Source of the DNA: an uncultured Gammaproteobacteria bacterium | Lineage (GTDB): Bacteria; Patescibacteriota; Microgenomatia; UBA10105; UBA927 | Reading direction: 5' to 3' | Length of the DNA: 64,000 nucleotides | Assembly: GCA_964356315.1 (NCBI GenBank) | Contig: CAYHHA010000001.1 | Span: 51,299 to 115,298 of the forward strand | In this document: positions 10,571-21,366 of the stretch, piece after piece | Position numbering within the stretch: position 1 is the stretch's first letter | Layout of the letters: each line of letters opens with the position of its first letter | Made by a program: the position numbers and the translations under genes | Notes under the pieces: generated by a model | Seen by the model: only the letters and a program-made list of their open reading frames with translations | Database searches by the model: none | Told to the model about the DNA's origin: nothing

Positions 10571-11727
10571 ATTTCAAGAAGTGTCGCTGTGAATTTTTCG
10601 ACCTCTTTTGCCCCAAATCTCTTTGTTACCTGTACATATGCTTCTTCGCCCATTTTTTTTCTACGAGAAGGATTGGACAACAAACAGTCAATCCCGCTGG
10701 CCATGTCTGAAATAGAATTATATAATAACCCTGTTTTATTGTGCAGAATAATTTCTTGAGATCCGATAAATGATGTGGAGACACAAGGAACCCGTTGCAT
10801 TCCAGCTTCTAAAACGGAGACAGGGAGCCCTTCATTGAGTGTCATAGAAACAAGTATTTTTGCTTTACCAAGCAATACCTCAGGGCTTGAAGAAAAGCCT
10901 GCAAATATAATGTTTTTGTTCAAGCCGTATTTGCTACTCTCTTCGCGCATCTGCTTCTCCAAGGATCCTTTACCCACTAGACATAGTGAAATACGCGGGT
11001 AGCGTTTTTTTAGTATCCTTACCAGGGCAATGAGAGCAAGAGGATTTTTTTCTTTTTCGAATCTTCCCAAATACATTAGATCATATATCTTTTTTGAGGC
11101 TCTCGCTTTTTTAACGGTTGTCCAGTTAACAGTTATATAAATTATTGATTCTAGGATATGGAAACTTTCTACCAGGTCATTTTTACACGCCAGGGTTGGG
11201 ACAAGAATGCAATTTGCCTTTGGATAGAGCATTTGTATACAGAGATTCCAGAGCCAGCGTGGATACTTATTAATTTGGATATATGAAGAAGTAACGACTC
11301 CTTCAGCCAAAACCAGTTTCACTTTTTTCCAAAAGAAAATTTTCTTCAGCGCAATCATAAAGAAAGACAACTCAACTAAAAAGGTCAAGCAAACATCCGG
11401 ACGAATTGTTATATAGCTATATGCAACCCATATCAAAAACTGTAGATGCCTGAGTATGCGGTTTTTCCCATTGCCAGTTCTTAGGGAATATATTTGCGTA
11501 AACCCATCATTTTTTAGTTCTTTTAAAATATGACTATCGGTACTATTTTTTATAAAAACTAAAACAGAGATGTTTGGACGAGTTTTGCGAATATGCTGAA
11601 CGACATCTCGAATAATCGTTTGAAGCCCGCCTATCCCAAGATCCCAAAAAACGATCATTACTGTGAATTTTTTCATATTCGTATGTCGTTTCGATCCATC
11701 CATCTCGTGAGTACGATCATGCTCCAC
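10567..11727 (-). CDS. Glycosyltransferase family 4
   Basis: EGLPVSVLEAGMQRVPCVST motif; paralog of the adjacent GT4; 4-nt overlap with the downstream gene. Confidence 0.7.
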   Translation of the reverse strand: MEHDRTHEMDGSKRHTNMKKFTVMIVFWDLGIGGLQTIIRDVVQHIRKTRPNISVLVFIKNSTDSHILKELKNDGFTQIYSLRTGNGKNRILRHLQFLIWVAYSYITIRPDVCLTFLVELSFFMIALKKIFFWKKVKLVLAEGVVTSSYIQINKYPRWLWNLCIQMLYPKANCILVPTLACKNDLVESFHILESIIYITVNWTTVKKARASKKIYDLMYLGRFEKEKNPLALIALVRILKKRYPRISLCLVGKGSLEKQMREESSKYGLNKNIIFAGFSSSPEVLLGKAKILVSMTLNEGLPVSVLEAGMQRVPCVSTSFIGSQEIILHNKTGLLYNSISDMASGIDCLLSNPSRRKKMGEEAYVQVTKRFGAKEVEKFTATLLEI

Positions 11728-13487
11728 AGCTTGTTAGCATGGTTTTCTGATCCATCCAAGTGGTCTTGTATGATATTTTTATATTGGCTGGTTGAAAATA
11801 TTTCTGGGTAAGAGGCTGCCACAGAGAGAGATTCGTTCACAAATGGCTTCAGGTCCCTTTTTAACCAATCATACAGAGGAATATCAAACCCGTGTTTTTT
11901 ACGCCAAATGAACTTTTTGGGGAAATATTTTTGGGCGACTTTTTTAAGAAGTATTTTCCCCTGGAACATCCAAACTTTTTGGGAATCTGGTAAAGAAAAG
12001 GCGTAGTCAATGATCTTAGAATCTAGATACGGAGCCCGAGCTTCAAGATTGCATGCCATAGTTGCTTTATCTACTTTATTCAACAATTGCTCGACCATAT
12101 ATCCTCTATAATCTGCCAACTGGAGAGAAGACAAGCAAGAGACATCTGTCTCAAGAATATTTTTATCTCTTAATACAGCGGGATGTGAGTGCTTGCCAAT
12201 CAAATCATGTAGATCTTGACTATTCCACACATTTTGAGGACTATATCGCTCAGAAAGTGGCAACAAAATACGGGAGTGAGATGCTCCAAACATCATGTTC
12301 CATATGCGTTTTGATTGCTCGGTCGATATTAGCATTCGGTGAAGTGATTCTCTTAGAATTTCATGCGGGTATCGTGAATATCCACCAAATAATTCATCTG
12401 CACCCTCTCCAGTTAAAACAACTTTCACTTTTTTCCGCGCCTCTTTTGCCAAAAGGATAGTGGGGAGAAACGCAGGATCAACAATTGGCTCATCGATCAC
12501 GTCTCCAATAGCGCTAACGATGTCTACAATGGATTTGCCAGTACAATTCACTTGAGTGTGCCTGGTGTGTAATTGACTTGATACATACAAAGCAAAGGAC
12601 GACTCATCGTGCTTTTCATATCCTGGAAAGGCAACAGAATACGTATGGATATTCTTTTGTTGTTTTGACGCATAATAGCTGATCAAGCTAGAGTCGATGC
12701 CACCGCTTAAAAAACAGCCGACCGGGACATCTGCCATCAGTCGAAGCCGAACAGACTCTGAGAGCAGTTGATCTAAAACATCCTCAGGACGAAAATTCTG
12801 CCGAGCTATAGGAGTGGTCGAGCGTTTTGGACTTATCTCCCAATACTTTCCGACCGCTATGGAATGCGATTTTACGTTGTATTGTAGATAGCTTGAAGGT
12901 GGGAGCTTTTGAATTGATGTCATCAAAGTATTGGGAGATCGCACGAATCCATCGGTAAAGTATTCAGAAAGACATCTCTTGTTGAGTATTCCCTTTATGT
13001 GAGGAATTGACGCCAATACTTTCATCTCTGATGAAAAATAGAACTCTGTGGTCGTTTTTGAGTAATATAATGGTTTTTCTCCCGATTTATCTCTAGCCAG
13101 AATTATTACCTGTTTTTTAGCATCATAAATACTTATCGCAAACATTCCTTCGAGCATCTCAAACGCTTTTGAACCATAAAGGTGAAACAGCGGAAGAATC
13201 ACCTCAGCGTCACTCTCTGTCTTAAATCGATTGCCGTGTTTTTCTAGTTTTTGTTTTAGCTCTTTATGGTTATATATTTCTCCATTAAATACTAGAGTGA
13301 AATGCTTATATGTCATGGGGTACAAATTGTCAGACAGATCCACGATAGCCAACCTATTCATTCCCATGTGGACTTTTTGTTTAAAAAACAGACACTGGCC
13401 ATCACGGCCCCGATGATGAATTATCGAGAGGAGTTGATTGAGCCGTTTAGTATTCTTTTCTCCTGTAAATCCGAGTATTCCACACAT
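11673..13487 (-). CDS. asnB: Asparagine synthetase (glutamine-hydrolysing) family amidotransferase
   Basis: N-terminal MCGILGF Ntn-amidotransferase Cys2; SGGIDSS PP-loop ATP pyrophosphatase motif; 604 aa. Confidence 0.85.
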   Translation of the reverse strand: MCGILGFTGEKNTKRLNQLLSIIHHRGRDGQCLFFKQKVHMGMNRLAIVDLSDNLYPMTYKHFTLVFNGEIYNHKELKQKLEKHGNRFKTESDAEVILPLFHLYGSKAFEMLEGMFAISIYDAKKQVIILARDKSGEKPLYYSKTTTEFYFSSEMKVLASIPHIKGILNKRCLSEYFTDGFVRSPNTLMTSIQKLPPSSYLQYNVKSHSIAVGKYWEISPKRSTTPIARQNFRPEDVLDQLLSESVRLRLMADVPVGCFLSGGIDSSLISYYASKQQKNIHTYSVAFPGYEKHDESSFALYVSSQLHTRHTQVNCTGKSIVDIVSAIGDVIDEPIVDPAFLPTILLAKEARKKVKVVLTGEGADELFGGYSRYPHEILRESLHRMLISTEQSKRIWNMMFGASHSRILLPLSERYSPQNVWNSQDLHDLIGKHSHPAVLRDKNILETDVSCLSSLQLADYRGYMVEQLLNKVDKATMACNLEARAPYLDSKIIDYAFSLPDSQKVWMFQGKILLKKVAQKYFPKKFIWRKKHGFDIPLYDWLKRDLKPFVNESLSVAASYPEIFSTSQYKNIIQDHLDGSENHANKLWSMIVLTRWMDRNDIRI

Positions 13488-13521
13488 AATATTATTTCTT
13501 AATTATTCATAAGATGATATC

Positions 13522-14544
13522 ATGAAGGCTGTCAGATACCAACGCTCTATGTCAAAAGATTCACCGATATATTTAGTAACCGGATCCGCAGGCTTTATTG
13601 GAAGCAATATTTGCGAATATCTATTATCCAATAATACACACCCAGTTGTTGTGGGGATAGACAATTTACATGAGTATTATTCATCAAAAATAAAGCGGTA
13701 CAGGCTTCATAAGCTTAAACGTCATAAAAGGTTTATTTTTTATACTGCATCTATTCTTGAAGAGAATCGTATACAAAAGATCATAAAACTTCATAAGCCT
13801 ACGATACTTATTCATACTGCGGCAGAGGTGGGAGTTCGAAGCGGGGAACAACACCCCTTGGGGTACTTTTCAACAAACGTTATCGGAACACTTTGTCTCC
13901 TTGAAGCATGTCATCAATACATAAATCACGCCATCATATTTAGCTCTTCGTCTGTATACGGATCTTGTAAGAAAATACCTTTTTCTGAGACGGAGAAGAT
14001 TGATTTATCAACGCCTATTTCGACCTATGGAGCGTCAAAGGCGTCTATGGAAATTGCGGTAAAGAATTTCTACGAACGGACAAAAATCTCCACCACTATT
14101 ATTCGCCCTTTTAGCGTATACGGCCCAAACGGCCGACCGGATATGTTACCAATAAAATTATTAATTTCTGCAAAAAATAATGTGCCAATTGAGATATATG
14201 ATCCTGATCGACTCTCCCGCGACTGGACGTATATTGATGACTTTATTCATCTGTGTATCACTTCTATAAACAATCCTTCTGCGTTTCAAATTATAAATAT
14301 TGGGACAGGAAAACCGATTCTTCTCACGACAGTAATTGGGATAGCTCGGGAAATTATTCAGAATCACGGCCTAACTCTTCAATACTCTACGCACAAAGCC
14401 AGCGCCACTGAGATGTCGCAAACATGGGCAGACAATAAAAAGGTTCTGTCTCTTGGGGATTCATTTTCGTTCACAGATTTTAGATCTGGATATAAAAAAA
14501 CAGCAGATTTTTTCTTCGCCCACCCAGATCTATACAATTCATGA
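13522..14544 (+). CDS. NAD-dependent epimerase/dehydratase (UDP-sugar 4-epimerase-like SDR)
   Basis: Rossmann motif VTGSAGFIGSN; YxxxK catalytic motif (STYGASKAS). Confidence 0.8.
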   Translation: MKAVRYQRSMSKDSPIYLVTGSAGFIGSNICEYLLSNNTHPVVVGIDNLHEYYSSKIKRYRLHKLKRHKRFIFYTASILEENRIQKIIKLHKPTILIHTAAEVGVRSGEQHPLGYFSTNVIGTLCLLEACHQYINHAIIFSSSSVYGSCKKIPFSETEKIDLSTPISTYGASKASMEIAVKNFYERTKISTTIIRPFSVYGPNGRPDMLPIKLLISAKNNVPIEIYDPDRLSRDWTYIDDFIHLCITSINNPSAFQIINIGTGKPILLTTVIGIAREIIQNHGLTLQYSTHKASATEMSQTWADNKKVLSLGDSFSFTDFRSGYKKTADFFFAHPDLYNS

Positions 14545-15641
14545 ACAAATCTCTTGTAATCATATATTCCAACATTGGTATAGGAGGCATGCCTGTAAGA
14601 ATCATAGATCTGGTAAACATGGTGGGGAAAGAGCGCCCTAAAACACGCGTCTATCTACTCCTAAAAGAGAGACGAGATTTTGATTTACGATCAAGGATAC
14701 AGAATCCCTCTTTGACAATTAGAGCTTTTTATAAAACGTCATGTTTTGACAGCGGTGTACTATTTATGTTGTGGGCGTGGTATCAGATATTTATTTTGAA
14801 CCCAACTACCATATTGGCATTTATCAGTCCTTATGCGATTACCGCTCTTGCGACACGATTCTTGTTCTTCTGGAGAAAACCAACAATCATAGTGAACGAG
14901 GGACATTTTACCTCGTCGATGATAAAGACGATGGCTTTTCCTTCTCTGCAAAAGCTGGGCATTCGTCTGTTATATCCACGTGCAGATGCAATCATCGCGC
15001 CCACAAACGCAATCAAAAGAGATCTTCACCACTCGTTTGCTGTTCCCTTAAAAACTATTCACGTGGTTCTAAATTGGTCTAGATATGCCAGAGAAAAGAT
15101 AGGGGACACCCACCGACCATACGACATTATATATTGTGGAAGATTTGAAAAGGAGAAAAATATCCTACCATTATTAGGAATATGCAAACATATTATTTCT
15201 ACATCGATTCCATCACTTTCTTGTGTTCTTGTAGGAGACGGATCTCTAAAGGCGGAGTGCTTAAGATATATTTATGACAATGCCTTAAGCGAAAATATTT
15301 TCATCAAGAACCCCACTATACACATCTCCTCATTGATAAAAAAAACAAAGATTTATGTTTGCAACTCCGATAAAAACACAGAAGGGTTTCCTGTTTCCGT
15401 ATTAGACGCAATGTCTCTGGGGACATTGGTTATCTCAAGGCGGTTTGAGGGAATAGAGGATGTGTTGGATAATACACGCGCGTTTATCGCAGATTCAGAC
15501 AAGCAATTATCACAATCGATAACTCAAGCGCTTTTTTCATATAAGGACCAAACTGCGCTAATCAGGAGAGCAAAACAGCAGGTAGAGCAGAACCACTCAG
15601 TACAAAACGCACTATTCTATATCGATCGTTTTGCTTTATAA
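14541..15641 (+). CDS. Glycosyltransferase family 4
   Basis: GT-B architecture, EGFPVSVLDAMSLGTLVIS motif; 4-nt overlap with the epimerase gene. Confidence 0.6.
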   Translation: MNKSLVIIYSNIGIGGMPVRIIDLVNMVGKERPKTRVYLLLKERRDFDLRSRIQNPSLTIRAFYKTSCFDSGVLFMLWAWYQIFILNPTTILAFISPYAITALATRFLFFWRKPTIIVNEGHFTSSMIKTMAFPSLQKLGIRLLYPRADAIIAPTNAIKRDLHHSFAVPLKTIHVVLNWSRYAREKIGDTHRPYDIIYCGRFEKEKNILPLLGICKHIISTSIPSLSCVLVGDGSLKAECLRYIYDNALSENIFIKNPTIHISSLIKKTKIYVCNSDKNTEGFPVSVLDAMSLGTLVISRRFEGIEDVLDNTRAFIADSDKQLSQSITQALFSYKDQTALIRRAKQQVEQNHSVQNALFYIDRFAL

Positions 15642-15647
15642 ATAAAC

Positions 15648-16637
15648 ATGGAGAAAATAGCAATTATCGGGGCAAGGAGTATCCCTAAAAATTTTTGGGG
15701 AACCTCTGGGGTGGAATCATACATAGAACAACAACTACCCGTTTTAACTCAAGACAACGAGGTTGACTGTTATATCCGTTCGTGGGCAACCAACCATGCA
15801 GAGAAGCGCCTCTTTGGAGCCAATCTAATTCGCATTTTGAGCCCAAATTCGACCTACCTTGACACCATTTCTTACAGCTTTTTTGCATCGATACATGCGT
15901 CGTTTAGCGGGTCAACGATCGTTTGGTATCACGGGATGGGTCCCGCAGTTTTTTCTTTTATTCCAAAGGTGTTCAATAAGCGTGTTTTTACAACAATTCA
16001 TACGCTTGATTGGAAAAGAAAAAAATGGAACATTTTTGCTCAATTATTTTTAAAACTTTGTGAGCAAATCGCTTTTTTAAATTCAGATACGATAATAGTA
16101 GTTTCAAAAAGCCTAAAACTACATTACGAACAACAAGGGAAGACCGGTGTTTTGCTTCAAAAGTACAAATTAATACAGCGTTCTAAAATTCTTACAAAAC
16201 ACTCCCTCGATACCTATCATCTTAAAAATAACTCATACATCCTCTATGTTGGGAGGTTTGTTCCCGAGAAGCGATTAGAGTGGCTCGTTAAAGCGTCTTG
16301 TGACATGACTATGCCCATTGTGATGGTTGGTGGATCCAGTCATACAGAAGCGTACGAGGCGAAAATTCGTCGTTTAGCAATTGGCAGGAACATACTGTTT
16401 ACCGGCTATTTATTCGGAAAACAGAAAGATGAGCTTATCAGCCACTGCAAGGTATTTGTATTGCCTTCTCAGACAGAAGGCTACCCAGTTAGCGTTGTTG
16501 AGGCTCTTGAATTACAAGCCCCTTGCCTAGTTGGTGATTTTTTGAGAAGTGAATTTGGAAGAAAGCCCCTTTTAACGTATTTTAAATCAGATGATTATGA
16601 TAACTTTCTAACAAAACTGAGACGTGCCGTAAGCTGA
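15648..16637 (+). CDS. Glycosyltransferase family 4
   Basis: EGYPVSVVEALELQAPCLV E-x7-E motif. Confidence 0.65.
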   Translation: MEKIAIIGARSIPKNFWGTSGVESYIEQQLPVLTQDNEVDCYIRSWATNHAEKRLFGANLIRILSPNSTYLDTISYSFFASIHASFSGSTIVWYHGMGPAVFSFIPKVFNKRVFTTIHTLDWKRKKWNIFAQLFLKLCEQIAFLNSDTIIVVSKSLKLHYEQQGKTGVLLQKYKLIQRSKILTKHSLDTYHLKNNSYILYVGRFVPEKRLEWLVKASCDMTMPIVMVGGSSHTEAYEAKIRRLAIGRNILFTGYLFGKQKDELISHCKVFVLPSQTEGYPVSVVEALELQAPCLVGDFLRSEFGRKPLLTYFKSDDYDNFLTKLRRAVS

Positions 16638-16664
16638 TATGAATTACGTTAGTTAGGATAAATT

Positions 16665-17642
16665 TTAAAAATTTTGCACTAGCGCGTCTATCACTCCTGA
16701 AGCAGCTTGAGGCAGTATCATTGCTAGCCTTTTTTTCATTATAGATTTCGCGGTGCACACCATCCAACAGGCATTACATGCAGCAACCTTTTTTGCGTGG
16801 ATATTCCTTTTAAAAATCGCCTCCAGACTATCCTGTCGAATATTTCCCATAATCCATGGCTTTAAATGGCAGGTATATACGTTTCCTATTGAATCCATAT
16901 AGTAAAATCCTTGTCCCGCGTCGCACGGGAGTGATCTTTTCCCTGTGCGCATATAATCCACTAATCCTTTCACAAACCACCCTCTGACGATCTCTTTCGG
17001 ACTCAAATGACCATAATGATCACGAGAGAGATTTAGTAATTGTTCTTCCAGGTTTTTTTGGTTTTTTGGTCGCATGGATCCTTTATCCGGACCAAAATAA
17101 ATAACAGAGTTTGTCGCAACGGTAACAGAAAATTCTAGATTGCGCTCAACACAAAATTTTCTTACCTTTGGAATTTCTTGAATATTTTGGTCAATGGCGG
17201 TAAAGGAAACTCCGAGGTCTTTAATTCCAGCAGTCCTCGCCACATCTAGCGTTTTTAGGATTTTTTCAAAACCGCCTGGAATTCTTCGTATTTCATCATG
17301 CGCCTTGCCTATTCCATCTATAGACACGCGAAAGGCAAACTTGGGGTCGATCGTATGAATTTTTGGCAGATCTTCTGCAGCTCTGTGCGGCATAAAACCG
17401 TTGGATATCATTACGAGTCGCGCTTTTGGCGCAGCTTTTTTCATATTCGCTATTATTTCCACCAAGTCTTTCCGTAAAAAGGGCTCTCCACCAGTTATAT
17501 TTATATCCACGAGGGAGGGTGGGATCTTTAAAAATTCTTGTGGGAGCAACTCATTGGTAATGCGGTTTTTCCAAATATCACACATAATACAACGGGAGTT
17601 GCAATTGAGCGTGACTGCGATGATCGCATGTTTTGGATACAT
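16665..17642 (-). CDS. Radical SAM enzyme with C-terminal SPASM-like Cys cluster
   Basis: CNSRCIMC (CxxxCxxC) 4Fe-4S/SAM motif near the N-terminus; C-terminal CHLKPW...CNACWMVC auxiliary-cluster cysteines. Confidence 0.75.
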   Translation of the reverse strand: MYPKHAIIAVTLNCNSRCIMCDIWKNRITNELLPQEFLKIPPSLVDINITGGEPFLRKDLVEIIANMKKAAPKARLVMISNGFMPHRAAEDLPKIHTIDPKFAFRVSIDGIGKAHDEIRRIPGGFEKILKTLDVARTAGIKDLGVSFTAIDQNIQEIPKVRKFCVERNLEFSVTVATNSVIYFGPDKGSMRPKNQKNLEEQLLNLSRDHYGHLSPKEIVRGWFVKGLVDYMRTGKRSLPCDAGQGFYYMDSIGNVYTCHLKPWIMGNIRQDSLEAIFKRNIHAKKVAACNACWMVCTAKSIMKKRLAMILPQAASGVIDALVQNF

Positions 17643-17643
17643 A

Positions 17644-19650
17644 TTATTGTATAAATTTTACACTGGGGTCAAACACGCTTTTTTGAGGTAATATCCCTTT
17701 ATCAAACTGGGAACAGTGACCTCGCGCGTTTGGATTTTCCTTACATAATTGTATCACCTGTTTTGCTGTGTTTTGATTGTTCTCGCTCCACAACAGCAAA
17801 GAGGCATAGTCGATATAGATCGTACTCCAACTAGGCAGAGAGTCAACGGCGATTTGCATAAGTTTTTTTGCATCTTTCTTGTTACTATTTTTAACAAGGC
17901 ATAAAGAGGCATAGTATATTGATTTTGCCTGATAGGTGTCCATATTTGGTGAGTCGTCCCAAATTAGCGCGTCTTCGTTAAAACAACTTGATATATCTTT
18001 CCAGTGATTCTCTATAAATATTCGGTCTTCTTTTTTGTGGATGGAGATTGTTTCTATCATAACTGTTATAACGTACAAAAGATCCTCACTCCTTTTGCTG
18101 TTGAGAGTGGTTGTGATGTATCTCTCGAGAAGGAGTCTGTTTTGAGGATCAGCTTCTATTGCTTTTCTCATGTGCCTATTGTATTCAGCTGGGCTTTTTT
18201 CACTTACTGCGAGTTTAGATAAAATATCTGGGTTATAAAGATGGAAAGCTTGGAGATAAGTATTGACATTTTTTTTGTATGGTTGTTTTTCGCCTAAAGT
18301 ATCTAGATATTTCCCAACTGTCTTTTCATCATACGGCATGCTGAGCGCAGACCATACAGATCCCTTTTGTTTAAATTGAAAAGCCGTCCCCAGCACAGAA
18401 CTTAGACAAAACAACCCAATAAAAAACATGGGGGAAAATAGCGACACGCTGACATAGCTTTGTTTATTTTCTGTGGAGAGTGTTTTTTGGTTGACCACGC
18501 CCAACAATATCCAAAACAACACCCACACGACAGTAAAATCCAGATTTATCTCCACACAGCTGTACAAAAACACCAACAAGAGACCAAGGGATAGTGACAA
18601 CCGGTGGTCGTTGAAATCGCGCGTCCGCCATAATCCTATAAGAGGGCGTAGTAATATTTTGATTATTATCAAAGACATTGCGAGAAAACCCAAAATGCCA
18701 AGCTCTGATAGAATTTGGATGGGAAAGCTATGAGCAAACCATGAATAGGAGTCGGGGGCTCGCTGGAATCTTTTTGAAACGAGCGCAAATGAACCCGGTC
18801 CCCAACCTAATAGTGGCTTTTGTACAATAGCATCCGAGGCTTGTATCCAGTATTTAACCCTGCTCTCAGCGAGTGACGTTTTTTTACTGATTCGACCGAG
18901 AGACAGCAGGGTTGTGTTTTCAGCCGGTAAACGGAGAGATAGGAGCGCCAGTGTAAAGACACACACTAGAACTCCAACAATACCCAGAGCTCTTTGATGA
19001 AACTGTTTAAATTTACCCACGCATAAAACAACAGGAAATAAGCACGCCAATAAAAGAACCATAACTGCCCCTCTTGAAGACGCGGTCAAAACCCCTACAA
19101 CCAAAACTGCTACAAGTAAAATCGGCAGTGGGGATGGTTTTCGCCAGGCCAACAAGAATCCATACGGGATAACAAAAAATATTATATCTACTATGTGGTT
19201 ATGACCATATGAGGTATACAATACGTTCATTTTTGGCACGAGACTTTGAAGGGAAGGAAATAGCATAAATAGATAAGAGGCTCCAACCATGGTCCCAACC
19301 CAATAAAAGAGAGGGTGGGAGAACGTTGAAACAGATAGTTTTTCCCCTTTGTTGGAAACGTATACAAATAAAAGAAAAGCATCTACATACCTAACTATAT
19401 TGGTTACTGCATATCCTAGGCTAAGAGGGTGAAGAGAAGAAAAAAACAATGACACAAAGAGCAACAACCAGCAGGGTAGTAGTCTTTTTTCTATATACAG
19501 CTTTTTTGGTCCAAACCGCCAATCACGAAAAAATAGATAAAGTATCCCTAGTGTGGAGATAAATAAAACAATCGATTGTTTTTCATCTCCCAAGAAAACC
19601 ATCACTGTTAACACGATCAGCACTAGGTATGTTTGAAAAGAGGTAAGCAT
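17644..19650 (-). CDS. O-antigen ligase/Wzy-like polytopic membrane protein with C-terminal soluble (TPR-like) domain
   Basis: 12 or more TM helices, ASSRGAVMVLLLA Wzy_C-like loop; about 250-aa hydrophilic C-terminal extension. Confidence 0.5.
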   Translation of the reverse strand: MLTSFQTYLVLIVLTVMVFLGDEKQSIVLFISTLGILYLFFRDWRFGPKKLYIEKRLLPCWLLLFVSLFFSSLHPLSLGYAVTNIVRYVDAFLLFVYVSNKGEKLSVSTFSHPLFYWVGTMVGASYLFMLFPSLQSLVPKMNVLYTSYGHNHIVDIIFFVIPYGFLLAWRKPSPLPILLVAVLVVGVLTASSRGAVMVLLLACLFPVVLCVGKFKQFHQRALGIVGVLVCVFTLALLSLRLPAENTTLLSLGRISKKTSLAESRVKYWIQASDAIVQKPLLGWGPGSFALVSKRFQRAPDSYSWFAHSFPIQILSELGILGFLAMSLIIIKILLRPLIGLWRTRDFNDHRLSLSLGLLLVFLYSCVEINLDFTVVWVLFWILLGVVNQKTLSTENKQSYVSVSLFSPMFFIGLFCLSSVLGTAFQFKQKGSVWSALSMPYDEKTVGKYLDTLGEKQPYKKNVNTYLQAFHLYNPDILSKLAVSEKSPAEYNRHMRKAIEADPQNRLLLERYITTTLNSKRSEDLLYVITVMIETISIHKKEDRIFIENHWKDISSCFNEDALIWDDSPNMDTYQAKSIYYASLCLVKNSNKKDAKKLMQIAVDSLPSWSTIYIDYASLLLWSENNQNTAKQVIQLCKENPNARGHCSQFDKGILPQKSVFDPSVKFIQ

Positions 19651-19783
19651 GAGCTACAACAATGGTAACATGAGGACTGCACTTTTTACACCATGTGGAC
19701 AACTTATCCACAATATGATATAACCCAAAGTGCCTCCCAACACTACACACTAGGGGATTAATCTACCCCAACACACTACAATC
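19651..19783. promoter_or_regulatory. dnaA upstream region with inverted DnaA-box pair (oriC part I / dnaA promoter)
   Basis: TGTGGACAA (19694-19702) directly abutting TTATCCACA (19704-19712): consensus DnaA box and inverted partner. Confidence 0.55.
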
Positions 19784-21151
19784 ATGGACACTGACAAACT
19801 TTGGAAAACTGTTCTCGCTGAAATCGAGCTTTCTGTATCTAAGGCTACGTTTCAGACGCATTTTGCAAGCTCTCGGCTCATCTCTTTATCTCAAAACGTC
19901 GCCTCTATAAGCTTTACTAGCCCACTCATGAGAACCCTCGTAGAAACACGGTATTATTCTTTGGTCAAAAGTATTCTTGACCACCACACCCATGAAAACA
20001 TTAGCATGGTGTTTTCTGTGGCTCAGAAAAAGGAAGTGCTTTCCTCAAAAGACGCAGGACCTTTATTTGCAGATATCGCCTCTCACAACCATGAACAAGA
20101 CATGTCTTCGCTCTCCCGAAGACTTCACATCAGACCGGATGCAACATTTGAAAACTTCGCGGTATCTACCACAAATCAAATGGCCTACGCCGCCGCCACA
20201 GCTGTCGCTAGGTCTCCAGGAACCGCGTATAACCCGCTGTTTATTTACGGTGGTGTTGGAGTAGGGAAGACCCACCTTATGCACGCGGTGGCAAATAGCA
20301 TTCTCCAGAGAAAACCAACGACAAGGGTGGTGTACTGTATGGGAGAAGAGTTTTTAAATGAGATTGTTGAAGCGATTCAAACAAAAACTGCCCGGCAGTT
20401 TAAACAGAAATATAGGAATGCGCAACTTCTCCTGGTTGATGATGTGCAGTTTATCGCGGGGAAGCTAACCGCGCAGGAAGAGTTTTTTCACACGTTTAAC
20501 GCGGTCCACAGAGAGGGTGGACAGATTATTCTCATATCTGATCGCCCACCAACGGAAATATCTAAACTTGAAGACAGGCTTCGTAGTCGGTTTGAGGGCG
20601 GGTTGACTGTGGATGTTGCAAGCCCGGACTTTGAGCTTCGGGTCGCCATTATCAATATAAAATCCATTGCCCTTGGCATATCTGTTTCTTCCGAGTCTGC
20701 ACAACTTATAGCCGCAAACATCTCTGATACAAGGGCGATAGAGGGGTTTCTAAAGCGCCTTATCACAGAAACCGCCACAAGAAACACTGGTGTAACACCA
20801 GAACTCATAGCGTCTCTGTTGAGTATTAAGCCGTCGATCAAACAGACAGAGCGCGCGCAAAAAAGGGTGCCCCCTCAAGACCTGCTAGAGGCGGTCGCCG
20901 GGTACTTTGGGGTAAAATCAACAGCGCTCCGGGGACCAAAAAGAGACAGGCCCATAGCGAGACCCCGGCAGATATTTATGTACCTCTGCAGGACAGAGCT
21001 CGGGCTCACACACGGGGACATTGGCGGGCTTCTTGGCGGAAGAGATCACACGACTGTTATGCACGGGGTGGAGGCAATTACAAGAGAATTATCCACAAAC
21101 GAGAGGCTTCGTGGGGATGTAGAGGGGATTAAAATACGGGTGTGGGCATAA
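19784..21151 (+). CDS. dnaA: Chromosomal replication initiator DnaA
   Basis: AAA+ Walker A GGVGVGKTHLMHAV, Walker B LLLVDDVQF, C-terminal DnaA-box-binding HTH (DHTTVMHG). Confidence 0.95.
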   Translation: MDTDKLWKTVLAEIELSVSKATFQTHFASSRLISLSQNVASISFTSPLMRTLVETRYYSLVKSILDHHTHENISMVFSVAQKKEVLSSKDAGPLFADIASHNHEQDMSSLSRRLHIRPDATFENFAVSTTNQMAYAAATAVARSPGTAYNPLFIYGGVGVGKTHLMHAVANSILQRKPTTRVVYCMGEEFLNEIVEAIQTKTARQFKQKYRNAQLLLVDDVQFIAGKLTAQEEFFHTFNAVHREGGQIILISDRPPTEISKLEDRLRSRFEGGLTVDVASPDFELRVAIINIKSIALGISVSSESAQLIAANISDTRAIEGFLKRLITETATRNTGVTPELIASLLSIKPSIKQTERAQKRVPPQDLLEAVAGYFGVKSTALRGPKRDRPIARPRQIFMYLCRTELGLTHGDIGGLLGGRDHTTVMHGVEAITRELSTNERLRGDVEGIKIRVWA

Positions 21152-21366
21152 CTTTGTCAGGATTATCCACTTACCCACATTTGGGAGAGAGTTATCCACA
21201 GGGTTATCCACCTATGTTTCCACCGTTTTTGTGCTGTGGGAAGGTCACTGTTCGTCTTGACACGATACTCCGTTGACTTGCTGGCAAAAAAGACATACAC
21301 TTTTCCACACCGTTTTCTATATACTAATACTATATATATTTAAGTAAGGTAAAAGCGATTCCCTAT
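21152..21366. promoter_or_regulatory. DnaA-box cluster and AT-rich unwinding-like element (oriC part II) between dnaA and dnaN
   Basis: TTATCCACT 21163-21171, TTATCCACA 21192-21200, TTATCCACC 21204-21212, TTTTCCACA 21301-21309, then AT-rich tract tatatactaatactatatatatttaag. Confidence 0.65.
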
